Shown here piece after piece: positions 36,001-48,000 of a stretch of DNA of 64,000 bases (positions are counted from its first letter, which is position 1; each line of letters starts with the position of its first letter). The stretch lies in NCBI GenBank assembly GCA_000004985.1, contig GG738849.1; one strand, given 5' to 3'. The notes under the pieces were generated by a model. The model saw nothing but the letters and a program-made list of their open reading frames with translations. It was not told the origin of the DNA and did no database searches. This stretch comes from Naegleria gruberi (taxonomy: Eukaryota). Both the position numbers and the translations under genes were made by a program.

Positions 36001-39000
36001 NNNNNNNNNNNNNNNNNNNNNNNNNNNNNNNNNNNNNNNNNNNNNNNNNNNNNNNNNNNNNNNNNNNNNNNNNNNNNNNNNNNNNNNNNNNNNNNNNNNN
36101 NNNNNNNNNNNNNNNNNNNNNNNNNNNNNNNNNNNNNNNNNNNNNNNNNNNNNNNNNNNNNNNNNNNNNNNNNNNNNNNNNNNNNNNNNNNNNNNNNNNN
36201 NNNNNNNNNNNNNNNNNNNNNNNNNNNNNNNNNNNNNNNNNNNNNNNNNNNNNNNNNNNNNNNNNNNNNNNNNNNNNNNNNNNNNNNNNNNNNNNNNNNN
36301 NNNNNNNNNNNNNNNNNNNNNNNNNNNNNNNNNNNNNNNNNNNNNNNNNNNNNNNNNNNNNNNNNNNNNNNNNNNNNNNNNNNNNNNNNNNNNNNNNNNN
36401 NNNNNNNNNNNNNNNNNNNNNNNNNNNNNNNNNNNNNNNNNNNNNNNNNNNNNNNNNNNNNNNNNNNNNNNNNNNNNNNNNNNNNNNNNNNNNNNNNNNN
36501 NNNNNNNNNNNNNNNNNNNNNNNNNNNNNNNNNNNNNNNNNNNNNNNNNNNNNNNNNNNNNNNNNNNNNNNNNNNNNNNNNNNNNNNNNNNNNNNNNNNN
36601 NNNNNNNNNNNNNNNNNNNNNNNNNNNNNNNNNNNNNNNNNNNNNNNNNNNNNNNNNNNNNNNNNNNNNNNNNNNNNNNNNNNNNNNNNNNNNNNNNNNN
36701 NNNNNNNNNNNNNNNNNNNNNNNNNNNNNNNNNNNNNNNNNNNNNNNNNNNNNNNNNNNNNNNNNNNNNNNNNNNNNNNNNNNNNNNNNNNNNNNNNNNN
36801 NNNNNNNNNNNNNNNNNNNNNNNNNNNNNNNNNNNNNNNNNNNNNNNNNNNNNNNNNNNNNNNNNNNNNNNNNNNNNNNNNNNNNNNNNNNNNNNNNNNN
36901 NNNNNNNNNNNNNNNNNNNNNNNNNNNNNNNNNNNNNNNNNNNNNNNNNNNNNNNNNNNNNNNNNNNNNNNNNNNNNNNNNNNNNNNNNNNNNNNNNNNN
37001 NNNNNNNNNNNNNNNNNNNNNNNNNNNNNNNNNNNNNNNNNNNNNNNNNNNNNNNNNNNNNNNNNNNNNNNNNNNNNNNNNNNNNNNNNNNNNNNNNNNN
37101 NNNNNNNNNNNNNNNNNNNNNNNNNNNNNNNNNNNNNNNNNNNNNNNNNNNNNNNNNNNNNNNNNNNNNNNNNNNNNNNNNNNNNNNNNNNNNNNNNNNN
37201 NNNNNNNNNNNNNNNNNNNNNNNNNNNNNNNNNNNNNNNNNNNNNNNNNNNNNNNNNNNNNNNNNNNNNNNNNNNNNNNNNNNNNNNNNNNNNNNNNNNN
37301 NNNNNNNNNNNNNNNNNNNNNNNNNNNNNNNNNNNNNNNNNNNNNNNNNNNNNNNNNNNNNNNNNNNNNNNNNNNNNNNNNNNNNNNNNNNNNNNNNNNN
37401 NNNNNNNNNNNNNNNNNNNNNNNNNNNNNNNNNNNNNNNNNNNNNNNNNNNNNNNNNNNNNNNNNNNNNNNNNNNNNNNNNNNNNNNNNNNNNNNNNNNN
37501 NNNNNNNNNNNNNNNNNNNNNNNNNNNNNNNNNNNNNNNNNNNNNNNNNNNNNNNNNNNNNNNNNNNNNNNNNNNNNNNNNNNNNNNNNNNNNNNNNNNN
37601 NNNNNNNNNNNNNNNNNNNNNNNNNNNNNNNNNNNNNNNNNNNNNNNNNNNNNNNNNNNNNNNNNNNNNNNNNNNNNNNNNNNNNNNNNNNNNNNNNNNN
37701 NNNNNNNNNNNNNNNNNNNNNNNNNNNNNNNNNNNNNNNNNNNNNNNNNNNNNNNNNNNNNNNNNNNNNNNNNNNNNNNNNNNNNNNNNNNNNNNNNNNN
37801 NNNNNNNNNNNNNNNNNNNNNNNNNNNNNNNNNNNNNNNNNNNNNNNNNNNNNNNNNNNNNNNNNNNNNNNNNNNNNNNNNNNNNNNNNNNNNNNNNNNN
37901 NNNNNNNNNNNNNNNNNNNNNNNNNNNNNNNNNNNNNNNNNNNNNNNNNNNNNNNNNNNNNNNNNNNNNNNNNNNNNNNNNNNNNNNNNNNNNNNNNNNN
38001 NNNNNNNNNNNNNNNNNNNNNNNNNNNNNNNNNNNNNNNNNNNNNNNNNNNNNNNNNNNNNNNNNNNNNNNNNNNNNNNNNNNNNNNNNNNNNNNNNNNN
38101 NNNNNNNNNNNNNNNNNNNNNNNNNNNNNNNNNNNNNNNNNNNNNNNNNNNNNNNNNNNNNNNNNNNNNNNNNNNNNNNNNNNNNNNNNNNNNNNNNNNN
38201 NNNNNNNNNNNNNNNNNNNNNNNNNNNNNNNNNNNNNNNNNNNNNNNNNNNNNNNNNNNNNNNNNNNNNNNNNNNNNNNNNNNNNNNNNNNNNNNNNNNN
38301 NNNNNNNNNNNNNNNNNNNNNNNNNNNNNNNNNNNNNNNNNNNNNNNNNNNNNNNNNNNNNNNNNNNNNNNNNNNNNNNNNNNNNNNNNNNNNNNNNNNN
38401 NNNNNNNNNNNNNNNNNNNNNNNNNNNNNNNNNNNNNNNNNNNNNNNNNNNNNNNNNNNNNNNNNNNNNNNNNNNNNNNNNNNNNNNNNNNNNNNNNNNN
38501 NNNNNNNNNNNNNNNNNNNNNNNNNNNNNNNNNNNNNNNNNNNNNNNNNNNNNNNNNNNNNNNNNNNNNNNNNNNNNNNNNNNNNNNNNNNNNNNNNNNN
38601 NNNNNNNNNNNNNNNNNNNNNNNNNNNNNNNNNNNNNNNNNNNNNNNNNNNNNNNNNNNNNNNNNNNNNNNNNNNNNNNNNNNNNNNNNNNNNNNNNNNN
38701 NNNNNNNNNNNNNNNNNNNNNNNNNNNNNNNNNNNNNNNNNNNNNNNNNNNNNNNNNNNNNNNNNNNNNNNNNNNNNNNNNNNNNNNNNNNNNNNNNNNN
38801 NNNNNNNNNNNNNNNNNNNNNNNNNNNNNNNNNNNNNNNNNNNNNNNNNNNNNNNNNNNNNNNNNNNNNNNNNNNNNNNNNNNNNNNNNNNNNNNNNNNN
38901 NNNNNNNNNNNNNNNNNNNNNNNNNNNNNNNNNNNNNNNNNNNNNNNNNNNNNNNNNNNNNNNNNNNNNNNNNNNNNNNNNNNNNNNNNNNNNNNNNNNN

Positions 39001-42000
39001 NNNNNNNNNNNNNNNNNNNNNNNNNNNNNNNNNNNNNNNNNNNNNNNNNNNNNNNNNNNNNNNNNNNNNNNNNNNNNNNNNNNNNNNNNNNNNNNNNNNN
39101 NNNNNNNNNNNNNNNNNNNNNNNNNNNNNNNNNNNNNNNNNNNNNNNNNNNNNNNNNNNNNNNNNNNNNNNNNNNNNNNNNNNNNNNNNNNNNNNNNNNN
39201 NNNNNNNNNNNNNNNNNNNNNNNNNNNNNNNNNNNNNNNNNNNNNNNNNNNNNNNNNNNNNNNNNNNNNNNNNNNNNNNNNNNNNNNNNNNNNNNNNNNN
39301 NNNNNNNNNNNNNNNNNNNNNNNNNNNNNNNNNNNNNNNNNNNNNNNNNNNNNNNNNNNNNNNNNNNNNNNNNNNNNNNNNNNNNNNNNNNNNNNNNNNN
39401 NNNNNNNNNNNNNNNNNNNNNNNNNNNNNNNNNNNNNNNNNNNNNNNNNNNNNNNNNNNNNNNNNNNNNNNNNNNNNNNNNNNNNNNNNNNNNNNNNNNN
39501 NNNNNNNNNNNNNNNNNNNNNNNNNNNNNNNNNNNNNNNNNNNNNNNNNNNNNNNNNNNNNNNNNNNNNNNNNNNNNNNNNNNNNNNNNNNNNNNNNNNN
39601 NNNNNNNNNNNNNNNNNNNNNNNNNNNNNNNNNNNNNNNNNNNNNNNNNNNNNNNNNNNNNNNNNNNNNNNNNNNNNNNNNNNNNNNNNNNNNNNNNNNN
39701 NNNNNNNNNNNNNNNNNNNNNNNNNNNNNNNNNNNNNNNNNNNNNNNNNNNNNNNNNNNNNNNNNNNNNNNNNNNNNNNNNNNNNNNNNNNNNNNNNNNN
39801 NNNNNNNNNNNNNNNNNNNNNNNNNNNNNNNNNNNNNNNNNNNNNNNNNNNNNNNNNNNNNNNNNNNNNNNNNNNNNNNNNNNNNNNNNNNNNNNNNNNN
39901 NNNNNNNNNNNNNNNNNNNNNNNNNNNNNNNNNNNNNNNNNNNNNNNNNNNNNNNNNNNNNNNNNNNNNNNNNNNNNNNNNNNNNNNNNNNNNNNNNNNN
40001 NNNNNNNNNNNNNNNNNNNNNNNNNNNNNNNNNNNNNNNNNNNNNNNNNNNNNNNNNNNNNNNNNNNNNNNNNNNNNNNNNNNNNNNNNNNNNNNNNNNN
40101 NNNNNNNNNNNNNNNNNNNNNNNNNNNNNNNNNNNNNNNNNNNNNNNNNNNNNNNNNNNNNNNNNNNNNNNNNNNNNNNNNNNNNNNNNNNNNNNNNNNN
40201 NNNNNNNNNNNNNNNNNNNNNNNNNNNNNNNNNNNNNNNNNNNNNNNNNNNNNNNNNNNNNNNNNNNNNNNNNNNNNNNNNNNNNNNNNNNNNNNNNNNN
40301 NNNNNNNNNNNNNNNNNNNNNNNNNNNNNNNNNNNNNNNNNNNNNNNNNNNNNNNNNNNNNNNNNNNNNNNNNNNNNNNNNNNNNNNNNNNNNNNNNNNN
40401 NNNNNNNNNNNNNNNNNNNNNNNNNNNNNNNNNNNNNNNNNNNNNNNNNNNNNNNNNNNNNNNNNNNNNNNNNNNNNNNNNNNNNNNNNNNNNNNNNNNN
40501 NNNNNNNNNNNNNNNNNNNNNNNNNNNNNNNNNNNNNNNNNNNNNNNNNNNNNNNNNNNNNNNNNNNNNNNNNNNNNNNNNNNNNNNNNNNNNNNNNNNN
40601 NNNNNNNNNNNNNNNNNNNNNNNNNNNNNNNNNNNNNNNNNNNNNNNNNNNNNNNNNNNNNNNNNNNNNNNNNNNNNNNNNNNNNNNNNNNNNNNNNNNN
40701 NNNNNNNNNNNNNNNNNNNNNNNNNNNNNNNNNNNNNNNNNNNNNNNNNNNNNNNNNNNNNNNNNNNNNNNNNNNNNNNNNNNNNNNNNNNNNNNNNNNN
40801 NNNNNNNNNNNNNNNNNNNNNNNNNNNNNNNNNNNNNNNNNNNNNNNNNNNNNNNNNNNNNNNNNNNNNNNNNNNNNNNNNNNNNNNNNNNNNNNNNNNN
40901 NNNNNNNNNNNNNNNNNNNNNNNNNNNNNNNNNNNNNNNNNNNNNNNNNNNNNNNNNNNNNNNNNNNNNNNNNNNNNNNNNNNNNNNNNNNNNNNNNNNN
41001 NNNNNNNNNNNNNNNNNNNNNNNNNNNNNNNNNNNNNNNNNNNNNNNNNNNNNNNNNNNNNNNNNNNNNNNNNNNNNNNNNNNNNNNNNNNNNNNNNNNN
41101 NNNNNNNNNNNNNNNNNNNNNNNNNNNNNNNNNNNNNNNNNNNNNNNNNNNNNNNNNNNNNNNNNNNNNNNNNNNNNNNNNNNNNNNNNNNNNNNNNNNN
41201 NNNNNNNNNNNNNNNNNNNNNNNNNNNNNNNNNNNNNNNNNNNNNNNNNNNNNNNNNNNNNNNNNNNNNNNNNNNNNNNNNNNNNNNNNNNNNNNNNNNN
41301 NNNNNNNNNNNNNNNNNNNNNNNNNNNNNNNNNNNNNNNNNNNNNNNNNNNNNNNNNNNNNNNNNNNNNNNNNNNNNNNNNNNNNNNNNNNNNNNNNNNN
41401 NNNNNNNNNNNNNNNNNNNNNNNNNNNNNNNNNNNNNNNNNNNNNNNNNNNNNNNNNNNNNNNNNNNNNNNNNNNNNNNNNNNNNNNNNNNNNNNNNNNN
41501 NNNNNNNNNNNNNNNNNNNNNNNNNNNNNNNNNNNNNNNNNNNNNNNNNNNNNNNNNNNNNNNNNNNNNNNNNNNNNNNNNNNNNNNNNNNNNNNNNNNN
41601 NNNNNNNNNNNNNNNNNNNNNNNNNNNNNNNNNNNNNNNNNNNNNNNNNNNNNNNNNNNNNNNNNNNNNNNNNNNNNNNNNNNNNNNNNNNNNNNNNNNN
41701 NNNNNNNNNNNNNNNNNNNNNNNNNNNNNNNNNNNNNNNNNNNNNNNNNNNNNNNNNNNNNNNNNNNNNNNNNNNNNNNNNNNNNNNNNNNNNNNNNNNN
41801 NNNNNNNNNNNNNNNNNNNNNNNNNNNNNNNNNNNNNNNNNNNNNNNNNNNNNNNNNNNNNNNNNNNNNNNNNNNNNNNNNNNNNNNNNNNNNNNNNNNN
41901 NNNNNNNNNNNNNNNNNNNNNNNNNNNNNNNNNNNNNNNNNNNNNNNNNNNNNNNNNNNNNNNNNNNNNNNNNNNNNNNNNNNNNNNNNNNNNNNNNNNN

Positions 42001-45000
42001 NNNNNNNNNNNNNNNNNNNNNNNNNNNNNNNNNNNNNNNNNNNNNNNNNNNNNNNNNNNNNNNNNNNNNNNNNNNNNNNNNNNNNNNNNNNNNNNNNNNN
42101 NNNNNNNNNNNNNNNNNNNNNNNNNNNNNNNNNNNNNNNNNNNNNNNNNNNNNNNNNNNNNNNNNNNNNNNNNNNNNNNNNNNNNNNNNNNNNNNNNNNN
42201 NNNNNNNNNNNNNNNNNNNNNNNNNNNNNNNNNNNNNNNNNNNNNNNNNNNNNNNNNNNNNNNNNNNNNNNNNNNNNNNNNNNNNNNNNNNNNNNNNNNN
42301 NNNNNNNNNNNNNNNNNNNNNNNNNNNNNNNNNNNNNNNNNNNNNNNNNNNNNNNNNNNNNNNNNNNNNNNNNNNNNNNNNNNNNNNNNNNNNNNNNNNN
42401 NNNNNNNNNNNNNNNNNNNNNNNNNNNNNNNNNNNNNNNNNNNNNNNNNNNNNNNNNNNNNNNNNNNNNNNNNNNNNNNNNNNNNNNNNNNNNNNNNNNN
42501 NNNNNNNNNNNNNNNNNNNNNNNNNNNNNNNNNNNNNNNNNNNNNNNNNNNNNNNNNNNNNNNNNNNNNNNNNNNNNNNNNNNNNNNNNNNNNNNNNNNN
42601 NNNNNNNNNNNNNNNNNNNNNNNNNNNNNNNNNNNNNNNNNNNNNNNNNNNNNNNNNNNNNNNNNNNNNNNNNNNNNNNNNNNNNNNNNNNNNNNNNNNN
42701 NNNNNNNNNNNNNNNNNNNNNNNNNNNNNNNNNNNNNNNNNNNNNNNNNNNNNNNNNNNNNNNNNNNNNNNNNNNNNNNNNNNNNNNNNNNNNNNNNNNN
42801 NNNNNNNNNNNNNNNNNNNNNNNNNNNNNNNNNNNNNNNNNNNNNNNNNNNNNNNNNNNNNNNNNNNNNNNNNNNNNNNNNNNNNNNNNNNNNNNNNNNN
42901 NNNNNNNNNNNNNNNNNNNNNNNNNNNNNNNNNNNNNNNNNNNNNNNNNNNNNNNNNNNNNNNNNNNNNNNNNNNNNNNNNNNNNNNNNNNNNNNNNNNN
43001 NNNNNNNNNNNNNNNNNNNNNNNNNNNNNNNNNNNNNNNNNNNNNNNNNNNNNNNNNNNNNNNNNNNNNNNNNNNNNNNNNNNNNNNNNNNNNNNNNNNN
43101 NNNNNNNNNNNNNNNNNNNNNNNNNNNNNNNNNNNNNNNNNNNNNNNNNNNNNNNNNNNNNNNNNNNNNNNNNNNNNNNNNNNNNNNNNNNNNNNNNNNN
43201 NNNNNNNNNNNNNNNNNNNNNNNNNNNNNNNNNNNNNNNNNNNNNNNNNNNNNNNNNNNNNNNNNNNNNNNNNNNNNNNNNNNNNNNNNNNNNNNNNNNN
43301 NNNNNNNNNNNNNNNNNNNNNNNNNNNNNNNNNNNNNNNNNNNNNNNNNNNNNNNNNNNNNNNNNNNNNNNNNNNNNNNNNNNNNNNNNNNNNNNNNNNN
43401 NNNNNNNNNNNNNNNNNNNNNNNNNNNNNNNNNNNNNNNNNNNNNNNNNNNNNNNNNNNNNNNNNNNNNNNNNNNNNNNNNNNNNNNNNNNNNNNNNNNN
43501 NNNNNNNNNNNNNNNNNNNNNNNNNNNNNNNNNNNNNNNNNNNNNNNNNNNNNNNNNNNNNNNNNNNNNNNNNNNNNNNNNNNNNNNNNNNNNNNNNNNN
43601 NNNNNNNNNNNNNNNNNNNNNNNNNNNNNNNNNNNNNNNNNNNNNNNNNNNNNNNNNNNNNNNNNNNNNNNNNNNNNNNNNNNNNNNNNNNNNNNNNNNN
43701 NNNNNNNNNNNNNNNNNNNNNNNNNNNNNNNNNNNNNNNNNNNNNNNNNNNNNNNNNNNNNNNNNNNNNNNNNNNNNNNNNNNNNNNNNNNNNNNNNNNN
43801 NNNNNNNNNNNNNNNNNNNNNNNNNNNNNNNNNNNNNNNNNNNNNNNNNNNNNNNNNNNNNNNNNNNNNNNNNNNNNNNNNNNNNNNNNNNNNNNNNNNN
43901 NNNNNNNNNNNNNNNNNNNNNNNNNNNNNNNNNNNNNNNNNNNNNNNNNNNNNNNNNNNNNNNNNNNNNNNNNNNNNNNNNNNNNNNNNNNNNNNNNNNN
44001 NNNNNNNNNNNNNNNNNNNNNNNNNNNNNNNNNNNNNNNNNNNNNNNNNNNNNNNNNNNNNNNNNNNNNNNNNNNNNNNNNNNNNNNNNNNNNNNNNNNN
44101 NNNNNNNNNNNNNNNNNNNNNNNNNNNNNNNNNNNNNNNNNNNNNNNNNNNNNNNNNNNNNNNNNNNNNNNNNNNNNNNNNNNNNNNNNNNNNNNNNNNN
44201 NNNNNNNNNNNNNNNNNNNNNNNNNNNNNNNNNNNNNNNNNNNNNNNNNNNNNNNNNNNNNNNNNNNNNNNNNNNNNNNNNNNNNNNNNNNNNNNNNNNN
44301 NNNNNNNNNNNNNNNNNNNNNNNNNNNNNNNNNNNNNNNNNNNNNNNNNNNNNNNNNNNNNNNNNNNNNNNNNNNNNNNNNNNNNNNNNNNNNNNNNNNN
44401 NNNNNNNNNNNNNNNNNNNNNNNNNNNNNNNNNNNNNNNNNNNNNNNNNNNNNNNNNNNNNNNNNNNNNNNNNNNNNNNNNNNNNNNNNNNNNNNNNNNN
44501 NNNNNNNNNNNNNNNNNNNNNNNNNNNNNNNNNNNNNNNNNNNNNNNNNNNNNNNNNNNNNNNNNNNNNNNNNNNNNNNNNNNNNNNNNNNNNNNNNNNN
44601 NNNNNNNNNNNNNNNNNNNNNNNNNNNNNNNNNNNNNNNNNNNNNNNNNNNNNNNNNNNNNNNNNNNNNNNNNNNNNNNNNNNNNNNNNNNNNNNNNNNN
44701 NNNNNNNNNNNNNNNNNNNNNNNNNNNNNNNNNNNNNNNNNNNNNNNNNNNNNNNNNNNNNNNNNNNNNNNNNNNNNNNNNNNNNNNNNNNNNNNNNNNN
44801 NNNNNNNNNNNNNNNNNNNNNNNNNNNNNNNNNNNNNNNNNNNNNNNNNNNNNNNNNNNNNNNNNNNNNNNNNNNNNNNNNNNNNNNNNNNNNNNNNNNN
44901 NNNNNNNNNNNNNNNNNNNNNNNNNNNNNNNNNNNNNNNNNNNNNNNNNNNNNNNNNNNNNNNNNNNNNNNNNNNNNNNNNNNNNNNNNNNNNNNNNNNN

Positions 45001-48000
45001 NNNNNNNNNNNNNNNNNNNNNNNNNNNNNNNNNNNNNNNNNNNNNNNNNNNNNNNNNNNNNNNNNNNNNNNNNNNNNNNNNNNNNNNNNNNNNNNNNNNN
45101 NNNNNNNNNNNNNNNNNNNNNNNNNNNNNNNNNNNNNNNNNNNNNNNNNNNNNNNNNNNNNNNNNNNNNNNNNNNNNNNNNNNNNNNNNNNNNNNNNNNN
45201 NNNNNNNNNNNNNNNNNNNNNNNNNNNNNNNNNNNNNNNNNNNNNNNNNNNNNNNNNNNNNNNNNNNNNNNNNNNNNNNNNNNNNNNNNNNNNNNNNNNN
45301 NNNNNNNNNNNNNNNNNNNNNNNNNNNNNNNNNNNNNNNNNNNNNNNNNNNNNNNNNNNNNNNNNNNNNNNNNNNNNNNNNNNNNNNNNNNNNNNNNNNN
45401 NNNNNNNNNNNNNNNNNNNNNNNNNNNNNNNNNNNNNNNNNNNNNNNNNNNNNNNNNNNNNNNNNNNNNNNNNNNNNNNNNNNNNNNNNNNNNNNNNNNN
45501 NNNNNNNNNNNNNNNNNNNNNNNNNNNNNNNNNNNNNNNNNNNNNNNNNNNNNNNNNNNNNNNNNNNNNNNNNNNNNNNNNNNNNNNNNNNNNNNNNNNN
45601 NNNNNNNNNNNNNNNNNNNNNNNNNNNNNNNNNNNNNNNNNNNNNNNNNNNNNNNNNNNNNNNNNNNNNNNNNNNNNNNNNNNNNNNNNNNNNNNNNNNN
45701 NNNNNNNNNNNNNNNNNNNNNNNNNNNNNNNNNNNNNNNNNNNNNNNNNNNNNNNNNNNNNNNNNNNNNNNNNNNNNNNNNNNNNNNNNNNNNNNNNNNN
45801 NNNNNNNNNNNNNNNNNNNNNNNNNNNNNNNNNNNNNNNNNNNNNNNNNNNNNNNNNNNNNNNNNNNNNNNNNNNNNNNNNNNNNNNNNNNNNNNNNNNN
45901 NNNNNNNNNNNNNNNNNNNNNNNNNNNNNNNNNNNNNNNNNNNNNNNNNNNNNNNNNNNNNNNNNNNNNNNNNNNNNNNNNNNNNNNNNNNNNNNNNNNN
46001 NNNNNNNNNNNNNNNNNNNNNNNNNNNNNNNNNNNNNNNNNNNNNNNNNNNNNNNNNNNNNNNNNNNNNNNNNNNNNNNNNNNNNNNNNNNNNNNNNNNN
46101 NNNNNNNNNNNNNNNNNNNNNNNNNNNNNNNNNNNNNNNNNNNNNNNNNNNNNNNNNNNNNNNNNNNNNNNNNNNNNNNNNNNNNNNNNNNNNNNNNNNN
46201 NNNNNNNNNNNNNNNNNNNNNNNNNNNNNNNNNNNNNNNNNNNNNNNNNNNNNNNNNNNNNNNNNNNNNNNNNNNNNNNNNNNNNNNNNNNNNNNNNNNN
46301 NNNNNNNNNNNNNNNNNNNNNNNNNNNNNNNNNNNNNNNNNNNNNNNNNNNNNNNNNNNNNNNNNNNNNNNNNNNNNNNNNNNNNNNNNNNNNNNNNNNN
46401 NNNNNNNNNNNNNNNNNNNNNNNNNNNNNNNNNNNNNNNNNNNNNNNNNNNNNNNNNNNNNNNNNNNNNNNNNNNNNNNNNNNNNNNNNNNNNNNNNNNN
46501 NNNNNNNNNNNNNNNNNNNNNNNNNNNNNNNNNNNNNNNNNNNNNNNNNNNNNNNNNNNNNNNNNNNNNNNNNNNNNNNNNNNNNNNNNNNNNNNNNNNN
46601 NNNNNNNNNNNNNNNNNNNNNNNNNNNNNNNNNNNNNNNNNNNNNNNNNNNNNNNNNNNNNNNNNNNNNNNNNNNNNNNNNNNNNNNNNNNNNNNNNNNN
46701 NNNNNNNNNNNNNNNNNNNNNNNNNNNNNNNNNNNNNNNNNNNNNNNNNNNNNNNNNNNNNNNNNNNNNNNNNNNNNNNNNNNNNNNNNNNNNNNNNNNN
46801 NNNNNNNNNNNNNNNNNNNNNNNNNNNNNNNNNNNNNNNNNNNNNNNNNNNNNNNNNNNNNNNNNNNNNNNNNNNNNNNNNNNNNNNNNNNNNNNNNNNN
46901 NNNNNNNNNNNNNNNNNNNNNNNNNNNNNNNNNNNNNNNNNNNNNNNNNNNNNNNNNNNNNNNNNNNNNNNNNNNNNNNNNNNNNNNNNNNNNNNNNNNN
47001 NNNNNNNNNNNNNNNNNNNNNNNNNNNNNNNNNNNNNNNNNNNNNNNNNNNNNNNNNNNNNNNNNNNNNNNNNNNNNNNNNNNNNNNNNNNNNNNNNNNN
47101 NNNNNNNNNNNNNNNNNNNNNNNNNNNNNNNNNNNNNNNNNNNNNNNNNNNNNNNNNNNNNNNNNNNNNNNNNNNNNNNNNNNNNNNNNNNNNNNNNNNN
47201 NNNNNNNNNNNNNNNNNNNNNNNNNNNNNNNNNNNNNNNNNNNNNNNNNNNNNNNNNNNNNNNNNNNNNNNNNNNNNNNNNNNNNNNNNNNNNNNNNNNN
47301 NNNNNNNNNNNNNNNNNNNNNNNNNNNNNNNNNNNNNNNNNNNNNNNNNNNNNNNNNNNNNNNNNNNNNNNNNNNNNNNNNNNNNNNNNNNNNNNNNNNN
47401 NNNNNNNNNNNNNNNNNNNNNNNNNNNNNNNNNNNNNNNNNNNNNNNNNNNNNNNNNNNNNNNNNNNNNNNNNNNNNNNNNNNNNNNNNNNNNNNNNNNN
47501 NNNNNNNNNNNNNNNNNNNNNNNNNNNNNNNNNNNNNNNNNNNNNNNNNNNNNNNNNNNNNNNNNNNNNNNNNNNNNNNNNNNNNNNNNNNNNNNNNNNN
47601 NNNNNNNNNNNNNNNNNNNNNNNNNNNNNNNNNNNNNNNNNNNNNNNNNNNNNNNNNNNNNNNNNNNNNNNNNNNNNNNNNNNNNNNNNNNNNNNNNNNN
47701 NNNNNNNNNNNNNNNNNNNNNNNNNNNNNNNNNNNNNNNNNNNNNNNNNNNNNNNNNNNNNNNNNNNNNNNNNNNNNNNNNNNNNNNNNNNNNNNNNNNN
47801 NNNNNNNNNNNNNNNNNNNNNNNNNNNNNNNNNNNNNNNNNNNNNNNNNNNNNNNNNNNNNNNNNNNNNNNNNNNNNNNNNNNNNNNNNNNNNNNNNNNN
47901 NNNNNNNNNNNNNNNNNNNNNNNNNNNNNNNNNNNNNNNNNNNNNNNNNNNNNNNNNNNNNNNNNNNNNNNNNNNNNNNNNNNNNNNNNNNNNNNNNNNN